From the NCBI RefSeq assembly GCF_001194135.2, contig NC_068981.1:21746974-21810973 (forward strand): a DNA stretch of 64,000 nucleotides, written 5' to 3'. The position numbers were made by a program, and so were the translations under genes. Of this stretch, positions 63,138 to 64,000 are shown in pieces. How positions within the stretch are numbered: the stretch's first letter is position 1; the number at the start of each line of letters is the position of its first letter. This DNA is from Octopus bimaculoides (lineage: Eukaryota). Below the pieces are notes generated by a model that saw nothing but the letters and a program-made list of their open reading frames with translations, was not told the DNA's origin and did not search any database.

Positions 63138-63698
63138 GTATGAGTGTGTGTGTGTGTGTGTGTATGCATGTGTGTGTATGTGTGTGTGTGTGTGTGTGTG
63201 TGCATTTTCTGCAATAAATTGAGTAGCAGTGTTGAGTGACAATTCTGTAAATAATGATAATATTTATAAGCTTAAAGCTTATAAGCAATCACCATGTCGT
63301 GACTAAAGAAAAGAGTCTCTTATAGAGATATGGGTTTGAGTCTCATGTGTACAGAAAACCCACTTTTTTCCATTGAGGGCTTATATACCTCAATACTAAA
63401 CTATTTTCTTTAGTCAATACATGATGATCACTTATAAGCTTTAAGCTTAAAAATATCATTGGCCTGTGAAAAACCACATTCGAGTGTGGTCGTTGCCAGT
63501 ACCGCCAGACTGGCCCTCATGCTGGTGGCATGTAAAAGCACCCACTACACTCTCGGAGTGGTTGGCGTTAGGAAGGGCATCCAGCTGTAGAAACTTTGCC
63601 AGATCAGATTGGAGCCTGGTGTAGCCTTCTGGCTCGCCAGTCCTCAGTCAAACCATCCAACCCATGCCAACATGAAAAGCGGACGTTAAACGAAGACA

Positions 63699-63730
<32 letters not shown>

Positions 63731-64000
63731 ATATGTATATATATATATATATATACAAGATGAAGTGAATAAACTGTTGTCTAAATTACACAAAAATGAA
63801 AATAATACTGACATCCCATTTTAATAAATATATTAACCAAAATTACATGTAAATATCTTGAAATACTAAAGAGTAAATTTATTCAATAAAATCCCAGATG
63901 ACTTGGGAATCTTCTGCAAGTTTTCTGGACGGTCTCCTTGTTTGGTGAATACTGTCATAATCCTTGCCTTCAGTTCATCTTTGGTGTTACAATGTGTTTT

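Overview
This is AT-rich, microsatellite-laden metazoan genomic DNA with scaffold gaps. The repeat content looks cephalopod (Octopus-like), which is an inference I did not verify. The main feature is a plus-strand SVEP1/polydom-like gene that I reconstructed by hand as 16 coding exons (24351-62880, 3847 nt, about 1282 aa, running off the right edge). Its domain order is signal peptide, vWA (intact MIDAS), EGF-like, Cys-rich ephrin-receptor-like repeat, 3 sushi, 2 HYR, a linker with furin-type sites, 3 Cys-rich repeats and 6 EGF. Every intron is GT-AG and phase 1. Three exons (28988-29206, 51192-51353, 54169-54333) are missing from the supplied ORF track, and the expected fourth sushi exon was not found. 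The rest is mostly transposon-derived: an internally deleted Gypsy LTR element with LTRs, PBS, PPT and TSD; near-full-length mariner and Tc1 pseudo-elements; Tigger, hAT and piggyBac-like MITEs; a Helitron 3' end; RTE and R4/Dong-like LINE fragments; and three tRNA-head SINE families. The most unusual non-coding items are a CpG-rich 17-bp ETS-site array with CRE, CCAAT and an antisense splice donor (34470-34850), a minimal hammerhead-like Penelope-type motif (62984-63019), and a housekeeping-type promoter with a hairpin (3375-3510). I saw no prokaryotic system, CRISPR array, rRNA gene or true tRNA gene. All coordinates were counted by hand, and repeat boundaries are approximate unless TIRs or TSDs are quoted.
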